Source: Diadema antillarum (Eukaryota). From it: DNA of 64,000 nucleotides. The stretch spans positions 2,418,001 through 2,482,000 of the forward strand of contig NW_027271012.1 in assembly GCF_040938485.1 (NCBI RefSeq), read 5' to 3'. The notes beneath the pieces are model-generated. The model was not told the DNA's origin. It searched no databases and worked only from the letters and a program-made list of their open reading frames with translations. This document shows, one piece after another, positions 50,804-63,884 of the stretch (position 1 is its first letter; each line of letters opens with the position of its first letter). A program made the position numbers and the translations under genes.

Positions 50804-52129
50804 ATGTCGGATTCTGTTGGCTACAAAGTGATCAGGGACATCGACTACACCAAATCGTTGAGAGATTGTGGGGACTTGCCCCCACAGAGGGTACATATCG
50901 TGAGCAAAACTTGCCTTGACCTATTTTTGCCGACGCCGAAATCAGACACACGAAAATGTTCCCGCTGTCACGGGGACGATGACACCAAGGCCCCAGAGAC
51001 CATTTCAAACGGTTATATTTCGTATCAGGAAGCTAGCAAGTTAGCTAGTCATCTTCATATCCATCACCGCCAGCGCCAGCTTCATCACCGTGAAGGAGCG
51101 GCCGCTGACGATTCTAGCCCAGAATTCGAAGGTCGCAGATCTGAAGAAGAAGTATCAAACCTGCTCCAAGTCCAGACTGCACTGGAAGCTGGCTCTAGCT
51201 CCTCCTCATCGGCCGAATCGCCCTCGGCGCTGGTAGTCTTCGCCTACGGAGGTGGATGGCGCCGCGGAGACAAGCAAACCTGGCGCCACTACCTCTCTCG
51301 CTGGGATGTCAACTTCGCGCTGGCAGCCACCGTTGGGAGGCAGCGTTTCTATGACAACGTCGGGGAAAGTTTCGCGAGTCGTGGTATGCACTGTGCGGTG
51401 CTCTCCTATCCTCTCGTTCCAACTCCCTTCCCCATCAACATTGTAGAGATTGTCTCTTCGTTCCTAATGACTGTCATCTTTACAATCGCCATGGTAACGC
51501 TGCTCCTTATTGGCGTGGATGTAGTATCAATGCCCGCCTTCTCTTTCTCGGTATCGTATCTAATCTGGAACAGCATTCAACATTATCTTGATCACCCGTT
51601 CCTAACCCTGGCCTCTACGGTTATGCTTCTGTCTCAGTTGCTAACGTTATCTGTCATCATTTGGCGAGAACGACATCTCGGCACGAAAGGATCTCCTTGC
51701 GCAAATGTACCAGGCAACCACAACATACTTTCGGGCTGGTATTACACCATCCTTGGACTAGGAGTCTCATTCCCGCCTCTCGTCCTTGGAATCACCCGAT
51801 ACGTTTACGCCGAAGTATGTATCATCACCCTTTCTGCTTGTCTCACCGCGTTTGTCCAGTTTCTGACGTACCGCTACCAAGCGTCGACCATCCGGCAGTC
51901 GAGGGAAGAAGGCGGTGGTTCGTGTATGTCGGCAGATTCTGCCGAAACGCAGGCCAAATGCATAGCTCGTTCTCTCCGGTGGCTGGCGGATTACGGCCAG
52001 TCAAGTGGTCAGTTTGACCCCACCTCTATTGTCCTGGTCGGACATTCAGCCGGAGGTCACCTTATGTCGCTTGTCGCTCTCGACAATCGTTATCTGTCAA
52101 GCGTCGGTCTTCCCCAAGATATCATTAAG
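50804..52129 (+). CDS. Alpha/beta-hydrolase exon 1 (442 codons)
   Basis: ORF 50804..52144 cut at the GT donor at 52130. Confidence 0.85.
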
Positions 52130-54073
52130 GTAACCAGATCATGAACCCAGTGTGTACATTTACTTTAGATAAAAGCTGCTCATGCAATGTATTTGATTTC
52201 TGCTACTCAAATTTGAGGATGGATTTCACCCAAGTTCAGTCCATGTTAACTGAAAGAAGTAGAAAGTACCTGTCATTTTGTCTTTGCGCCGTTTTAAGAA
52301 ATAAAAAAGTAAATTCTTTCACTTCTCTTTCTGAGACGGGTGTTGAATTCAAATCTACAGTTACATACAATGAATTGAAATTATAACGTCATCACGAAAT
52401 AGTTTTGAATGTTTTTTTTTTATAATAAATACTTAGTATGCTCCGAAAATTTGGAAGCGTTCGCACATATGAATGATTGTGAGTCTGATCTATACCTCTA
52501 CCTTTAAACGTTACTGATATAAATATGCTGGGAATTCAAATCCAGCTTTTCATTTATAGTAAGTAGTAAAATACAGTCAACCTCCCCTAATTCGATTCCA
52601 AAGGTACCGGAGAAAATCATTCTACTATAGACTATAGAGAACTCTTGTTTTTTTTTTTTTCATTTGCATGGGTCGAATTTTTCGTCGACTTATGCGAAGT
52701 CGATTAAAACTGTAGGTCGACCGTAATTTCAGCTTTTTTAATGCCCATTGGGATTTTTTTTTTCAAATGCCTTTTTTTTGTAACTTCCGTAATGCCGATG
52801 TCTACAACAAGAGACGACATGGACACATGGAGGTTACATTGCATTTCTTTTTTTTTTTATTGGCTGTGTAGATGCATCTCTAGGTATATTAATTATTTTG
52901 ATAAGGCATTTATACGAACTTTCAGCTTTCTATCTGGTTGACTTGCATTCGATTTGGGCTAGGAGAACGCTTGTGAGTGCTTGTCATTTCGTGTGGAAAA
53001 CTTGTTAATTGCCTTTACATAATTGTCATTCGGTGAACGGAGATTGAAAACATGTACCCATTATCATGAACAATGACATTATGGCCAGTAGTAATGAAAC
53101 TGCGTTCTCGACACTAATTGAACACCATCGTTTTAAATATGCAAGGCAACGGTTTCTCTCTCCTTTTCTCTCTCTCCATCTCATATACACACTCACAAAA
53201 AAGAGACAAACACACAACTCCAAGTACACACTGTAGTGTCGTATGACACAATTAGCATTATAAACCAACAAATCATGTACATGTACATTGTAGGCTTACA
53301 TAGTACGATTGATAGGTAATGACAAAGCGTTTTACTGTGACGAGTTTCACACAATATACAACATGTACGAGTCTAAAGGCACGAGTACAGTTTCCATTGT
53401 GAGTCACAGTGGGGCAACAATAGAATATTAATGACTCTTCGCTTATTCGCGTGATTGTGTGAGCGTGATCGTCAAATTTTGCGACCGGTAAGATGCCAAA
53501 CCGTATTTTCACCTCACCCTAAAGTTGGTTAACAAGTACGTTTGACCCGAGAGAAGAGACGATAATAGGGTCTACATTGTATTTGACTGCTAACCTGACG
53601 AAGTAGTATACAGGTATGATTGATTCTGAACAAACGATAATATCTCGTGTTCTCCATTCTGACAGGGCGTCATCACTTTATCAGCCGTACACGACCTCGA
53701 CTCACTCACTCAGGGTCTCAAGCGACACGTGTACCTCACCCCGGCCTTCGGGACGAACCCGGCGGACTGGATCCGGCTGTCTCCGATCACCTACGCGACC
53801 ACCACCGCCCACAAGCCGCGCTTCCTCATTATGAGTGCCGAGCGCGACTTCCAGTTCATGATCGCCGACTCGGCCAAGATGCACGACGTCCTGGCCAGCA
53901 ACGGGTTCGAGGTGCAGTGGAAGTACCTCGACAACTGTAACCATCTCTCCATGGTCTCCAAGTTCGGACGGCCGTGGTACTACTTTTTAGGGCGCGGGAA
54001 AAGAGGCTGGTCCCCCAGTGATGGTGAAAAGCTCTGCTGGGATTTTGTAGAGAGCATTATGCTGGGTGGATGA
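50804..54073 (+). CDS. Alpha/beta-hydrolase (family IV/HSL-like carboxylesterase; kynurenine formamidase/prenylcysteine methylesterase-like), 577 aa; join(50804..52129,53666..54073)
   Basis: Motifs LDLFLP, VVFAYGGGWRRGDK (oxyanion loop), IVLVGHSAGGHL (nucleophile elbow), K-GVITLSAVHDL across the phase-0 intron, SPITY, FLIMSAERD (acid) and CNHLSM (His). accATG start context; AAG|GTAACC and CTGACAG|GGC splice sites. Confidence 0.85.
52574..52723. mobile_element. CAGTCAACCTC-family MITE in the hydrolase intron
   Basis: ta|cagtcaacctc ... aggtcgaccg|ta. Confidence 0.6.
53666..54073 (+). CDS. Alpha/beta-hydrolase exon 2
   Basis: In frame with ORF 53729..54073; GC-rich codons; carries the putative catalytic Asp and His. 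Confidence 0.85.
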   Translation, partial: GVITLSAVHDLDSLTQGLKRHVYLTPAFGTNPADWIRLSPITYATTTAHKPRFLIMSAERDFQFMIADSAKMHDVLASNGFEVQWKYLDNCNHLSMVSKFGRPWYYFLGRGKRGWSPSDGEKLCWDFVESIMLGG

Positions 54074-54134
54074 AATATTATTGTTGGGCGTCTGAGAGCT
54101 TGTTTGCTGCATGAGAAGCTTGTCATACATACAT

Positions 54135-57127
54135 GGGTCAATCCACGTCAAATCATCCAGTGCTTGTCACCCGACCCCCTCCGATTTTCTTTAAAATCGC
54201 ACCAAATGTTCCCCAAAGTGTCTGACGGAAAATCCCAAAATATTTTGCCCCAAGGTCAATTGGTTGCTAAGATACAGCCTCACATAGCAACCAATGCGCA
54301 TTCCAAAATATTAGTTAAAAGAAAATTATGCATTTTTGATTGATTGTGGTAGCATGGATATTTATGCAAAAGTGTTCATTATCTGGAAATTGAGAGAACT
54401 TTATAGTCTTTGCAAGAAAAAGTGACTGTGACGCGAAATTGACTTTTCGTTAACGTGCACGAGGTCACCGAAAATGGTGTTAAATGTTAATTTTGAAAAT
54501 TTCAATGCATATTTAGATGCTAATATCTTCCACATTTCATCACCTCAGGTTCTAAGATATTATGCTGTTGAAGGCTTTGACTTGCTCAGTAATTTTGAAA
54601 AAAATCAGCGGATTCGTGCTCACCGTTTTTACGGAGAGCGCCCTCAAAGTTGACAAAAATGAAAAATGTGTCAAATTCAAGGTCACGGATCACCCTTCGT
54701 CCCACCTAGGAATGGCATCAATTTTTGTGTATTGATAGACATTTACCTATATTATCTTGGGTTACCAAAGAAATTTTGCTACCGAAATGTTAAATGGTAA
54801 ATTTACCCAATTAAAAATGGTCGTAAACGGCCAAATTTCCATGTAATATCACATATTGAGTTTAGAGGACATTTCAAATGTCCATGCTTTCAAGATGAAA
54901 AGCCGTAGCCCTGTGATATTTGCTGTAGGGGTAGTCTGTAATACATATTTTAGTAATATATACCACAAAACACTTTCATTACATAATAATGACCTTGAAA
55001 TTTAATCCAAAATTTGATAAAAACAATAAGTCGCTCTATTTTCCTCATTGCACTGCATGTAATATGTTTTGAATGACTTTTCACAGAGCAATATTTCAAG
55101 AACTATGAAAGCTGACAGCCTACCATATTAAGGTTCTTAACTATTTGTGCTCTTCTTTCAGATTTAGTGTCAATTTGATCATGAATGTTATACCCATGAC
55201 CTTGAAGTGCTTCTAAAAATAGCTGTAAATTTGTTAACTACAAATTACACACACAACAGGTGTTTTATGGCATAACATACTAGTGATTCTTTCACAAACA
55301 CAAAAGTTTTCATGGTGTGAATGTTATAAACTGGAATTAATCTATATGTGCTTGCAAGATATGTTACAATTAATTACTTTGTTCTGACAATGACCCTCAA
55401 TTTCAATCACAAAAGGGTACAGTAATATTTTGTGATTTCGTGTGCATTTCCTATGGAAAACAGTGCTTTTTGGTAAAAGTCATAGAAAATTGACCATTTT
55501 TGCTATCTATCACTTTGATTGATTAATTCTATTCAAATTATGGTAGAAAAAGTGGACTGTGACAATTTCCAAAAAAAAAAATGCTGTAGAAAATAAAAAA
55601 AACAAAGAAATACATAACAAATTTACCAAAAACAAGAAAATATATAGGAATGGAAATGATTTTTGAATTGTCATAAGTTACAGAACAAATCCCTCCAAAA
55701 AAGAAGACTCTCAGTGCTTTTAATGTGCTTTTCACAGGCTAGAATAAGAATCTTGTGTTGGGCACAATGTCCATATATATTATGTACTTACAGTCTAAAT
55801 ACAGGTCTTTATGGGCAGGAATAGACATTTCTCCTGATTTTGAAGGTCATAAATTCAGGGTCATTGTCAGAACAAAGTAATTAATCGGACATATCTTGCA
55901 AGAACCTATAGTTATTCCAGTATATAACATTTACACCATAAAAACTTTTGTGTTTGCGAAAGAATCACTAGTATGTTATGCCATAAAACACCTGTTGTGT
56001 GTGTAATTTGTAGTTAACAAATTTACAGCTATTTTTAGAAGCACTTCAAGGTCAAGGGTATAACATTCATGATCAAATTGACACTAAATCAGAAAGAAGA
56101 GCACAAATATTTTAGAACCATAATATGGCAGGCTGTCAGCTTTCATAATTCTTGAAATATTGCTCTGTGAAAAGTCATTCAAAACACATATTACATGCAG
56201 TGCAATGAGGAAAATAGAGCGACTTATTGTTTTTATCAAATTTTGGATTAAATTTCAAGGTCATTATTATGTAATGAAAGTGTTTTGTGGTATATATTAC
56301 TAAAATATGTATTACAGACTACCCCTACAGCAAATATCACAGGGCTACGGCTTTTCATCTTGAAAGCATGGACATTTGAAATGTCCTCTACACCCAATAT
56401 GTGATATTACATGGAAATTTGGCCATTTACGACCATTTTCAGTGGGGTAAATTTGCCATTTAACATTTCGGTAGCAAAATTTCTTTGGTAACCCAAGATA
56501 ATATAGGTAAATGTCTATCAATACACAAAAATTGATGCCATTCCTAGGTGGGACGAAAGGTGATCCGTGACCTTGAATTTGACACATTTTTCATTTTTGT
56601 CAACTTTGAGGGCGCTCTCCGTAAAAACGGTGAGCACGAATCCGCTGATTTTTTTCAAAATTACTGAGCAAGTCAAAGCCTTCAACAGCATAATATCTTA
56701 GAACCTGAGGTGATGAAATATGGAAGATATTAGCCTCTAAATATGCATTGAAATTTTCAAAATTAACATTTAACACCATTTTCGGTGACCTCGTGCACGT
56801 TAACGAAAAATCAATTTCGCGTCACAGTCACTTTTTCTTGCAAAGACTATAAAGTTCTCTCAATTTCCAGATAATGAACACTTTTGCATAAATATCCATG
56901 CTACCACAATCGATCAAAAATGCATAATTTTCTTTTAACTAATATTTTGGAATGCGCATTGGTTGCTATGTGAGGCTGTATCTTAGCAACCAATTGACCT
57001 TGGGGCAAAATATTTTGGGATTTTCCGTCAGACACTTTGGGGAACATTTGATGCGATTTTAAAGAAAATCGGAGGGGGTCGGGTGACAACTTTTCTGAAA
57101 ATTGGATGATTTGACGTGGATTGACCC
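54135..57127. mobile_element. 3-kb foldback DNA transposon with ~1.27-kb inverted arms; Sola2-like termini
   Basis: Arms at 54135-55403 and 55851-57127 with a ~447-bp spacer. GGG...CCC termini, 4-bp TSD ACAT (54131-54134 and 57128-57131). No transposase ORF. Confidence 0.88.
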
Positions 57128-58355
57128 ACATACTACATTTAAATGTCAAGTCGAGACATTTAACCTTGCATATAGTGACGCACATTATAAAGTTAAGGCG
57201 ACAAGCAAGGAAGGGGAGAAGCAATGGTTTCGTTTGACAATTACGTCAAATCAAAAACGTTGCTTCCTCTAAGAAGACATTTTTTTTTAAACTGATATTT
57301 GTGCATCGTTTGGTCTTTCTCTGCCTAAATTAGGCTTTTTTCCATGTGGGTATAATAACAATGATGGTGCATTGCTATCATAATCAAAACGCTGTCTGGT
57401 ACATGCATACACACATAAATACTTATATATTGTATGGTTGCATTTTCTGCGGCATCAAAGATAACAGGAGCGATGCATGCACAATCACTTCGTAATATAA
57501 CCTTGACTTCTAAACTGGATGATTTTGAAAGAAGAAAATAATGTAATACTGTACTGCTGACGCGACCGAATGATCCGACCCATTGCACGAGGTCTATTGT
57601 TTTATAACCCCTATCAATTTATTGAGAACAACAAGCAGAGAAATATGCGGGCTGGATCAGCTTAGTTTCGTTTTCTTATGTTTTGGTGCAGTTCTTGCTT
57701 GCCAAGCAGCGTCTGGCGGTAGTTGTTATATCAAATTGCACCACAACATTACAGAAATTGTTGAGGAAATAACGTCATGTGTAATGATTTTATGCTGACG
57801 CCGACGGCCATCGCGTATCCAGAGTGGTTTCAAGTGCAGCCATTACCGGGCGTTGGACCAAAAATTCCCATGCCTTGATTACCTTGGATAGAAAGGCTTT
57901 GTTTTTAGTGATGATAAGGTGAAAATGTTCACAATATTGTAACCACTCTTGTTTAAAGAGGAACCATTTACCGTAGTCGTTGGCTAATCATTTTCCTTAT
58001 CCTTAACTTGGCCGGGCATCTTTTGACACCAAATTTGCGACGCCCCTGCACGCGGTTCCGAAGTTAACCCATAAAATGTACTGTCAGACCAAATATTGCT
58101 AAAAAACAAACAAACGTGAATTCTTGTTCAGTTTCAATGTAAATTGTGCTTACAGTCATATTTTTTTTTATTGTTAAAAATAAATAAAGATTAATAATAT
58201 TATTTTCACGTCTAGAAAAACGTCGGGAACAAATTTCATTGAAAAAAACCCCAGCAAAAACAAAGAAGTCACAAAAACAAAGAAATGAAAACAGAAAATT
58301 TTTGATGGCATAATTTTTTTTCACTTACATTTCCTAAGGACACTATAGAAAGAAT

Positions 58356-58359
<4 letters not shown>

Positions 58360-58396
<37 letters not shown>
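58360..58396. repeat. (CA)n microsatellite
   Basis: Direct dinucleotide run. Confidence 0.95.
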
Positions 58397-58401
<5 letters not shown>

Positions 58402-58513
58402 TGCCTGTCTTGAGCTTTATTTAATATTTTATAGCAAATAGTCTGATTTCACGCATCATTATGCACAAATTAACAGAATTTAGCATAAAAGATATATACA
58501 ATATATATATACA

Positions 58514-58515
<2 letters not shown>

Positions 58516-58561
<46 letters not shown>
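58516..58561. repeat. (TA)n microsatellite
   Basis: Direct dinucleotide run. Confidence 0.95.
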
Positions 58562-58563
<2 letters not shown>

Positions 58564-59399
58564 ACGAGATCTGGTGGAGGGGTGGGGGTGCTGGGAGCCC
58601 CCCTCTGCTCTATCATCTACCTAAATAGCCCGGCCTTGTTATTTTTACCTCTGTCTTCATTTGTAAATTACAGTAATTTCAGCAAACGCGTCTTTTTTTT
58701 TTTTTTTGATACTATGCATCGCTTCGAAGTATCCTATATCACGTGCATGGAATGTTTATGTAATGTGGAGTGCACTTGGCGTCGAGAATAAATCAATTTA
58801 ATGGTGAGTGATGCAATAGATAATTATTGGGTCTTTCAAAGGACTGGAGTGTATTATAAATACGCAGTGTGCTCTTCTACAAGTGTAATGTAAATTTATC
58901 ATACATTGTAACAGATGTGCTACACAAACTGAGAGGCAATATATTGTGAAGTCTTATAATGTACTGCATGAAGCTAATTCTTACTTACTTGAAGGAATAC
59001 CAAAAAGAAAAAAAAATAGTGATGTGCAATAGCTCCTAGACTTTTATCAGCATACCTTTCATAACCATGCACAAAATCGTACCACAGCCAATTATTGTGG
59101 AATGTATGTGGATATGTTTGGTTTTGTCAGATGATGAATAAAGATTGATTGTAGACGATGTGTTTTGTTTTGTTTTTTATTTGAGTGATACATGGAATTT
59201 ACTTCTTGGGGGTAATTCTGGTGTGCTTCTACTGGGACTTCATAGTCAAGCATGTTTATTTTTCTCCTCTTGTTGTTATGAATATCCCTTTTATTTTTTC
59301 TTCCAATTCTTTTTCAATGTTGTGCTCTTGTGCCCCGCTGTGAAAGTACATGAATAACAAGGCAAAACAAATAAACAACACCAATTCAGTGATAACCTG

Positions 59400-59405
59400 T
59401 TTATT
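59400..59405 (-). terminator. Candidate polyadenylation signal for OXCT1
   Basis: AATAAA on the minus strand, followed about 20 nt later by a GU-rich tract (ggtgttgtttatttgttttgccttgtt). Confidence 0.4.
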
Positions 59406-62400
59406 CCACTTCACGACAGACATTTATCATACATGCATCAAAACATAATGGATGCAAGCCCACGAAATGAAGAGACAGAGGCAAAAACCCAAAAATATGT
59501 TGGCTCATGAAGTCCAGAGTGAATACAAAAGTACACTATTTCAGAAAAACACATTGTACTACTGTGTACTGCATGATAACAAATAAGAAGGATGTTCAGC
59601 AGCTGCAGATGTGTCATGATTCAATCAGCAAGGATTGTTGCAAATTCAATAATGCAACTAATATTTTGATCATGCAACAGTATCATGCAATAATATCATG
59701 CAATAATAGAAACCAATATGTCAATCAATCCAGCTCGATTTGAATGAAATTTTTGTGAGCCAGTGTGTACTGATAGAGGCTGTAAACTTTTAAAAAAAAA
59801 TGAAAATGGAAAACCATAATTTCGTGTCTTCTTGAATTTTAAAGGTCTTGTTCAGAACTGCATGTATGACATTCTGTACTATGATATGGGATGCACTATA
59901 AACACACATCACATTGTGTAAGTTAGAGAGTAAAACAAAGTTTCTGCACATGCCCATGTATTTCCTAACCACTACACCGAGAGACAAGAAAATCCCACAA
60001 GATATCTGTGCCTACTAAGATAAATCACACACAATCTGTGTACTTTAATACTTGGTTGCCATGTAAGAAACATGACAAACATGACATTGTGTTCATGAAA
60101 TCTCATATCAATATCGCACTCACAAAATCTCATATGAAATGATGCTACATGTACCTTGAAAAACAGCAAAAACTTGACCAGCTAGGCTAAATTTGAGAAG
60201 CACCATCCCCCCCCCCCCCACACACACACACACACTCCACTCTCCCCCATAACATGTGTCCCCAAATTCATAATGGTCCTGTGAGTGATTTTCACCCAGA
60301 GTTAAACAAACAACATCAGCAAATCTGGATTAAACTGTTCATGTTAATGACTGGTTCTAAATATCCAAGTTCTGCAGCAGTTGTTTGGTCAAACAAATTA
60401 CAAAGATTCCCCCATATTGCACTGCACTGCTATGTACATGTACTAACAAATCTTTCAAAATTTGTAAGCTTGTACATGTTTACTGTCTACAGTGCAGTGC
60501 ATAGATGCCTCCATACGTCCCTTGCACTGTACTGTCATGTACAGATAGATCTGTATGTACATGTATTAAAGTTTCCGTATCGTCTACAGTGCACCTGAAG
60601 AGGGTTGGGAGGTGTTTGTATATATTATATACAGGTGTATATCTCTCAAATGAAGCATTACTTGATACTCAATACTGCCAGTTGTGATTGAAATTTATTA
60701 CGCCTATGCTGCAACAATGTATATAAATTTTATCCATAAAATATCAGCAATCTTAGATGCTTATCACTTTGCCAAACTCCGAAGAAGAAGAAGAAGAAGA
60801 GAGAGAGAAAAAAAACAAACACCTGCACAGCAGTATGACACAATATGAATACAAAGTGTACATGGGTATTGTGCATTACATGTTGTCCATGGCGCAGGCA
60901 CTATATTCATTCCACACTAAGAAACAAACATACACAGTCATGCTTTGCATGATGAAGAAAGCGCAATGAAACATTCAGTCCTACAGACTATGCAACAGAT
61001 GCCGGTAATGATGATGATATTTCTTGTTAGAGAGGTCTCCTCAATTATTCAGCCAAACAAAGTTACCTCATACTTATCTGGATCATTCATGATAGAGTTA
61101 GATATTCAATAAATACTGTACATTCATTTTACGTTCTGACTGCAACAAACTTTGTAGTACAGTAGTCTCTGATTACTTGGGACTCCTCTCTCTGGTCGAT
61201 CAAATATGCATATGCATCTATCGCCTGCAAAGTGCAATTCAATATCACATCCTTTTATTAAATTTTGTAGTGTCTATATCTATACTAAATGGACTGACGA
61301 CAGTCACTGGTCCTGATGACACAGTCCCTACGTTTGAGTGAAATGTTCTTGGAATAAAGCTCAAATTTAACACAACTTGGTCAAGATGAGATTGGCATGC
61401 ATGGTTGAAATAGGCACAAAAGACATTGATTTAGGTATGAAATACTGTGATATGATGAAAAATAAACACCTCTCAAAATATTTGTTGGGATATATTGGGA
61501 ACAATAACAACATTCACAAATGATGCTTTATACTTTCACAATACACTGTTATCACTCTTTTCAGACAGTTGTGACCACATTTAGGGCAAAGTTTGTACTG
61601 TTTCATCATCTCTTTGTAAAGTTATCATTATGAGTCAGTTGGACATTGCTCTTCAGTGTAATACATTGTATACACTGAACCACTCACTGCCAACTGTCAC
61701 ATCCTTTGCAGACATTGGCAACCACATCCAGAACAAGATGTTCTCCCATATCAACTCATTTCCTATTACACTTGTGACCCTTTCTTTAACACATTCGGAA
61801 CATCTGCTCTTTGATTCGGTAGCATCTTTTAAAATAAACTCCCATTCACAATCACAGAGCCATCATTATGAGGTCCTAAAATCGACAGAAATGACATAAT
61901 TTAGCTTCAAAAAGATAATGAACACATAGTACAGAGATAGAAAGCCATGATCTCAATATGCACAAGCTTCATAATTTTGCTGTCCGCTGTACCGTATGAA
62001 AAAGTTTTGCTGCCTCTTTTTATGCATGTGGCAAAGTAATAATCTCAATATAAATTATCAACAATCTACACAAGACTTTTAGCCCTTCATATAGCTCTCT
62101 TCAACTTGTGCTCATGGAACATGCTAATTAAATCTGTAAGGCATGGGGCAAGTGATATAATTAGTCTATTGATATATCTTGTGACCATGTAAACCTACTA
62201 TCTAATCTGTTACGCTAGCTCTTATCCTTACACATCTCATATAGAAATAACCCTGACAAAAATACCTCTCTTACTCCTTGCAAATGCAGAATAATTTGCT
62301 TGTTTTGGGTTGTTGTTGTTTTTTTCATAAGTTTATCTAGTCTCTAACTTTGCTGGAAGATATGCTTCTTTCTTTTTCTTTCACCATTAAGAAAATCCAC

Positions 62401-63746
62401 AATATTGTTGTCCACTGATATTATTCAAAAGACTGGATTCTACTTTGTGCACTTGTAATGACAAGTATTTGATGTTAAAATTTAATGTAAAAAACGGTGT
62501 TGATGACTTCATTTACAAACTTAAACATTAGGCCTAATATTGAAATATTTCCCAGATGATCATGAGTTAAATCTCGTTGTGAATTTCTTGTTGAATTCTT
62601 TTATCAACATCTATGAAACAAGCATGGTTTCAAGATTATTCCCACTACAGGGAAAAAAAAAAACCAAGACAACCATATACAATCTCAATTCTTTGAAACA
62701 AAATTTTTGATACACTTATCACGAAGAATTCAGAAGTGAAACTCAATTCAATGTTAGACCGAATAAATCAATATTCCACAGCACACAGCATACAGTCAAA
62801 GGTCCATTTTTCAGCATTTGATAAGAATTTACTGTTATTCATTTGTGAAGCGTGAAAACATGCTTCTTGGTTTTCATTGTATTTTTCTAGTAACTGGCAT
62901 TTTTCAACATTATCAATAGTCCCATCATATACATAAAAATGACAAAGGGAAAACAACAGGCCTGAAATGCAATTTCACTGCTACACATTTCTCTAGCACC
63001 GTTATTGTTCATCTTCAAATAAAAAGAACAAACAAAAATCATATCAAATGAAGTCATACAAACAAGAGCTCAGATTACTATGAATCACTACCACCATACA
63101 TCCCCTATGTCATTAGGAATACCCACAATTCCAAGATCAATGGTATGAAGCTCTATGAAATGGGACAAATCTCATCTGAAAAGTCATATCTAACACATGT
63201 GATATAGCAACGCAGTAACACACAAAGCCTTGCTCAAAATATTCATGTCAACATTGGCAAAAGCCACACACACCTTCGCTGTAAATACTTATGTCCAGGC
63301 TTTGGCAGAAAAAAAAAAAAAAAAACCTCTCCAAACTCCAAATGGCAGCATTTCAGCATAGACTATAAACAGCCATTTTGTAGGTGATGGGCACAAATAT
63401 TTGAAAACCTTCCAGGGAACAGCCTTTTCATTGATATCAACACATCTTAGTGGGGAAGGCTAATGATTTATGAGCACAAAATGGTCCAAGTGGCTGGGGT
63501 ACGAGGCTTTCCCTGATCACGGATGATTGATGTGGCACTGACATGTACACACCAAAGTGGAATACAGCGAACATGGACACCAAATGACGATTAAGCAGTC
63601 ATTAGTATACATCAAAACACCTGTTCCCTCCTCTCTGTTTTCTCCTCTCTGATTTCACACCAACACCGTTGACCCTTCACCTGATGATGAAATGCAGCAA
63701 AGTTTCTTTGGAGGTAATATCCCCCGGGGGGTCATCGTCACACCCC

Positions 63747-63884
63747 TCAACTCTGTGCCATGGGCTTGAGGTCTTCAGCCACCTCAAACTCGCATTCAGT
63801 GTGCTCCACAATGTCCTCCACTGTGACTCCATCTGCGATTTCGATCAGCGTCATCCCCTTCTCCTTGTCGATGTCAAACACGCC
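63747..63884 (-). CDS. OXCT1: Last coding exon of succinyl-CoA:3-oxoacid CoA-transferase (SCOT); remainder lies beyond the window
   Basis: TTTTAG acceptor, then GVFDIDKEKGMTLIEIADGVTVEDIVEHTECEFEVAEDLKPMAQS*. This matches the SCOT C-terminus as I recall it ([32 protein letters not shown]). Confidence 0.88.
   Translation of the reverse strand, partial: GVFDIDKEKGMTLIEIADGVTVEDIVEHTECEFEVAEDLKPMAQS

Noticed and set aside
54104-57224. Two ORFs with nearly identical peptides on opposite strands
   Set aside because: They reflect the inverted arms of the foldback element, not duplicated genes.
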